A DNA stretch of 32,000 nucleotides, taken from Acaryochloris marina S15 (GTDB lineage: Bacteria > Cyanobacteriota > Cyanobacteriia > Thermosynechococcales > Thermosynechococcaceae). The position numbers and the translations under genes are program-made. Within the stretch, counting starts at the first letter, position 1. The number at the start of each line of letters is the position of its first letter. The notes beneath the pieces were generated by a model, which searched no databases, was not told where the DNA came from, and was given only the letters and a program-made list of their open reading frames with translations. Of the stretch, positions 29,825 to 32,000 are shown one piece after another. Where the stretch lies: the NCBI RefSeq assembly GCF_018336915.1, contig NZ_CP064923.1:3330001-3362000 (forward strand), given 5' to 3'.

Positions 29825-30004
29825 GTGGTTCAGGTGGTTTTAGGTGAAGACGAAGGTATTGAATCTGCATTGCGTCGATTTAAGCGTCAAGTCTCAAAGG
29901 CCGGGATTTTGGCAGATGTAAAACGTCGACGCCATTTTGAGACCCCCTTAGAGAAGAAGAAGCGTAAGCGCATTGCTACTCGTCGTAAGCGTCGTTTTCG
30001 CTAG
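29825..30004 (+). CDS. rpsU: 30S ribosomal protein S21 (bS21)
   Basis: Not in the ORF track (59 aa, GTG start). Manual translation gives [59 protein letters not shown], a canonical S21 sequence. SD AAGGAG at 29809-29814 lies 10 nt upstream. Confidence 0.88.
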   Translation: MVQVVLGEDEGIESALRRFKRQVSKAGILADVKRRRHFETPLEKKKRKRIATRRKRRFR

Positions 30005-30055
30005 GACATACATTTCTCGACTGCAAAAGCCAAGATATCGGCCAATAGTCTTTTT

Positions 30056-30087
30056 AACCACTGCCTCGCTTAGTAAAGGCAGTGGTT
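30056..30087 (+). promoter_or_regulatory. 3'-UTR hairpin of rpsU (11-bp perfect stem) whose 3' arm is identical to the rpsU start-codon region
   Basis: AACCACTGCCT (30056-66) pairs with AGGCAGTGGTT (30077-87). The latter 11-mer is identical to 29820-29830. See the finding on rpsU. Confidence 0.6.
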
Positions 30088-30112
30088 GTTATGCTGAACA
30101 ACACACTTTTTT
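30081..30112 (+). terminator. Rho-independent terminator of rpsU (overlaps the preceding hairpin)
   Basis: AGTGGTTGTT (30081-90) pairs with AACAACACACT (30097-30107). This gives 10 bp with one bulged A and a 6-nt loop, followed by T5 (30108-30112). Confidence 0.6.
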
Positions 30113-30191
30113 GAGCAACGGTGTTAGAAATTTGTTGTTCTTCGTTTGCTTGTTCGTAGTATGATTCACCAGCGATCAATTGTAGAATTAG

Positions 30192-31232
<1,041 letters not shown>

Positions 31233-31386
31233 TTAACCCTTAGTTTGAGGTTAGCTGACAGTCTTACTCTTGTAGACTAGCGATTAATCTCAGCTGAGGT
31301 TTTTTAGTAGCTTGGCTGAATAGTGTTTGCTCCCTTCCAATTTTCAATTTCTGTAGGAAGAAACCAGGGTTTAAAACCTCAAGTTT

Positions 31387-31884
31387 TTAATATGCCCAAC
31401 TTGGGGTTTGGACTCTAGTGCACCAGCTTTGGAGTGCATTTTGTTGAAAGGTTGAGGTTTGAATTTTTTGCTGTCGCTGATAGAGGCTTGCAATTAGGTC
31501 GGCTTTACTTTCCGAATGCTTTTGTAACGCAGCTTGTAATTTAGATTGATGCAAAACCAAACACTGGCTGGCTTGAATTGTAGTGACAGTTGCAGAGGCT
31601 GGCTGGCTATCAAATAGGTTGATATCCCCAAAATGGGCTCCTCGTGAAAGCTCAGCCATCTTGATGTCATCTACGTGAATTTTGACTTTCCCTTCAACGA
31701 TGAAGAAAATCAGTCTTTCTCGATCCCCTTTATGGAGGATGGCTTGATTTTCCTCAAAAGTTTGCTCTTCCATTTCTGCCGCTAAACATTCTAAGAAAGC
31801 CTCATTCTCAATATTTTGTAGGAAATCGGTTGTCCTGAGAAATGCTAAGTGATTCACCACTGTTGGGCTAGTTTTGGAAAACAT
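31387..31884 (-). CDS. Stand-alone cyclic nucleotide-binding (cNMP/CAP-effector) domain protein
   Basis: 165 aa. The pattern FLQNIENEAFLECLAAEMEEQTFEENQAILHKGDRERLIFFIVEGKVKI...ELSRGAHFGDINLF...SATV is the typical cNMP-binding beta-barrel pattern. No output domain is visible. Confidence 0.8.
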   Translation of the reverse strand: MFSKTSPTVVNHLAFLRTTDFLQNIENEAFLECLAAEMEEQTFEENQAILHKGDRERLIFFIVEGKVKIHVDDIKMAELSRGAHFGDINLFDSQPASATVTTIQASQCLVLHQSKLQAALQKHSESKADLIASLYQRQQKIQTSTFQQNALQSWCTRVQTPSWAY

Positions 31885-32000
31885 ACTTAAGAAAGTGATA
31901 CTTGAAAAGTTTCTATGCTCCCTAGTATCTTCTTTCTGATGAGGAGCATCGACCGTATAACCACTGATTCTTGTGTTTTTTATTCTTTAACCAGTAGTTA

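Noticed and set aside
29655-29870. 71-aa minus-strand ORF, and the 63-aa plus-strand ORF at 29973-30164
   Set aside because: They overlap the rpsU leader and start and the rpsU 3' end and terminator respectively. rpsU (59 aa, GTG start) explains this region far better.
31285-31305. Possible ilvC terminator AATCTC-agct-GAGGTT followed by T5
   Set aside because: The stem is only 6 bp, includes a G.U pair and has a 4-nt loop. It is plausible but too weak to list as a feature.

Overview
This 32 kb window looks like a cyanobacterial chromosomal segment. The main taxonomic evidence is at least 17 copies of the HIP1 octamer GCGATCGC, together with chlH, an RRM-type rbp gene followed by rpsU, an Aas-like acyl-ACP synthetase and a pentapeptide-repeat protein. 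It is densely coding and mostly core housekeeping.

Genes from left to right:
- PP2C phosphatase fragment, ABC1 kinase and a translationally coupled 105-aa protein
- clpS
- two tandem paralogous lipoproteins
- rsmB
- an attEFGH-like operon: ABC ATPase, 868-aa FtsX/MacB-type permease and a secreted AttH/CrtC-like lipocalin protein
- a HigB/HigA-like toxin-antitoxin pair
- a secreted protein of unknown function
- recJ, preceded by an untracked 54-aa ORF
- an HTH + GrpE-like fusion protein
- mutS
- an AT-rich non-coding island containing a MITE-like element and a 126-aa orphan ORF
- chlH
- a pentapeptide-repeat protein, aas and a YlqD-like protein
- an SGNH hydrolase, mnmA, rbp, rpsU (59 aa, missing from the ORF track) and ilvC
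- a cNMP-binding protein

I found no rRNA, tRNA or CRISPR array, and no large recognisable defence or mobile island. I cannot honestly point to a clear novel multi-gene system.

The observations most worth a second look are:
1. An RNA-level three-way alternative pairing that links the rpsU start-codon region to its own 3' hairpin and terminator.
2. A 253-bp MITE-like insertion with a 24-bp terminal inverted repeat and an 8-bp target-site duplication upstream of mutS.
3. An HTH-GrpE-like fusion and a 54-aa ORF sandwiched between mutS and recJ.
4. The uncharacterised MacB-type ABC + AttH-like lipocalin operon.

All functional calls are motif and family recognition by eye. No database search was run.
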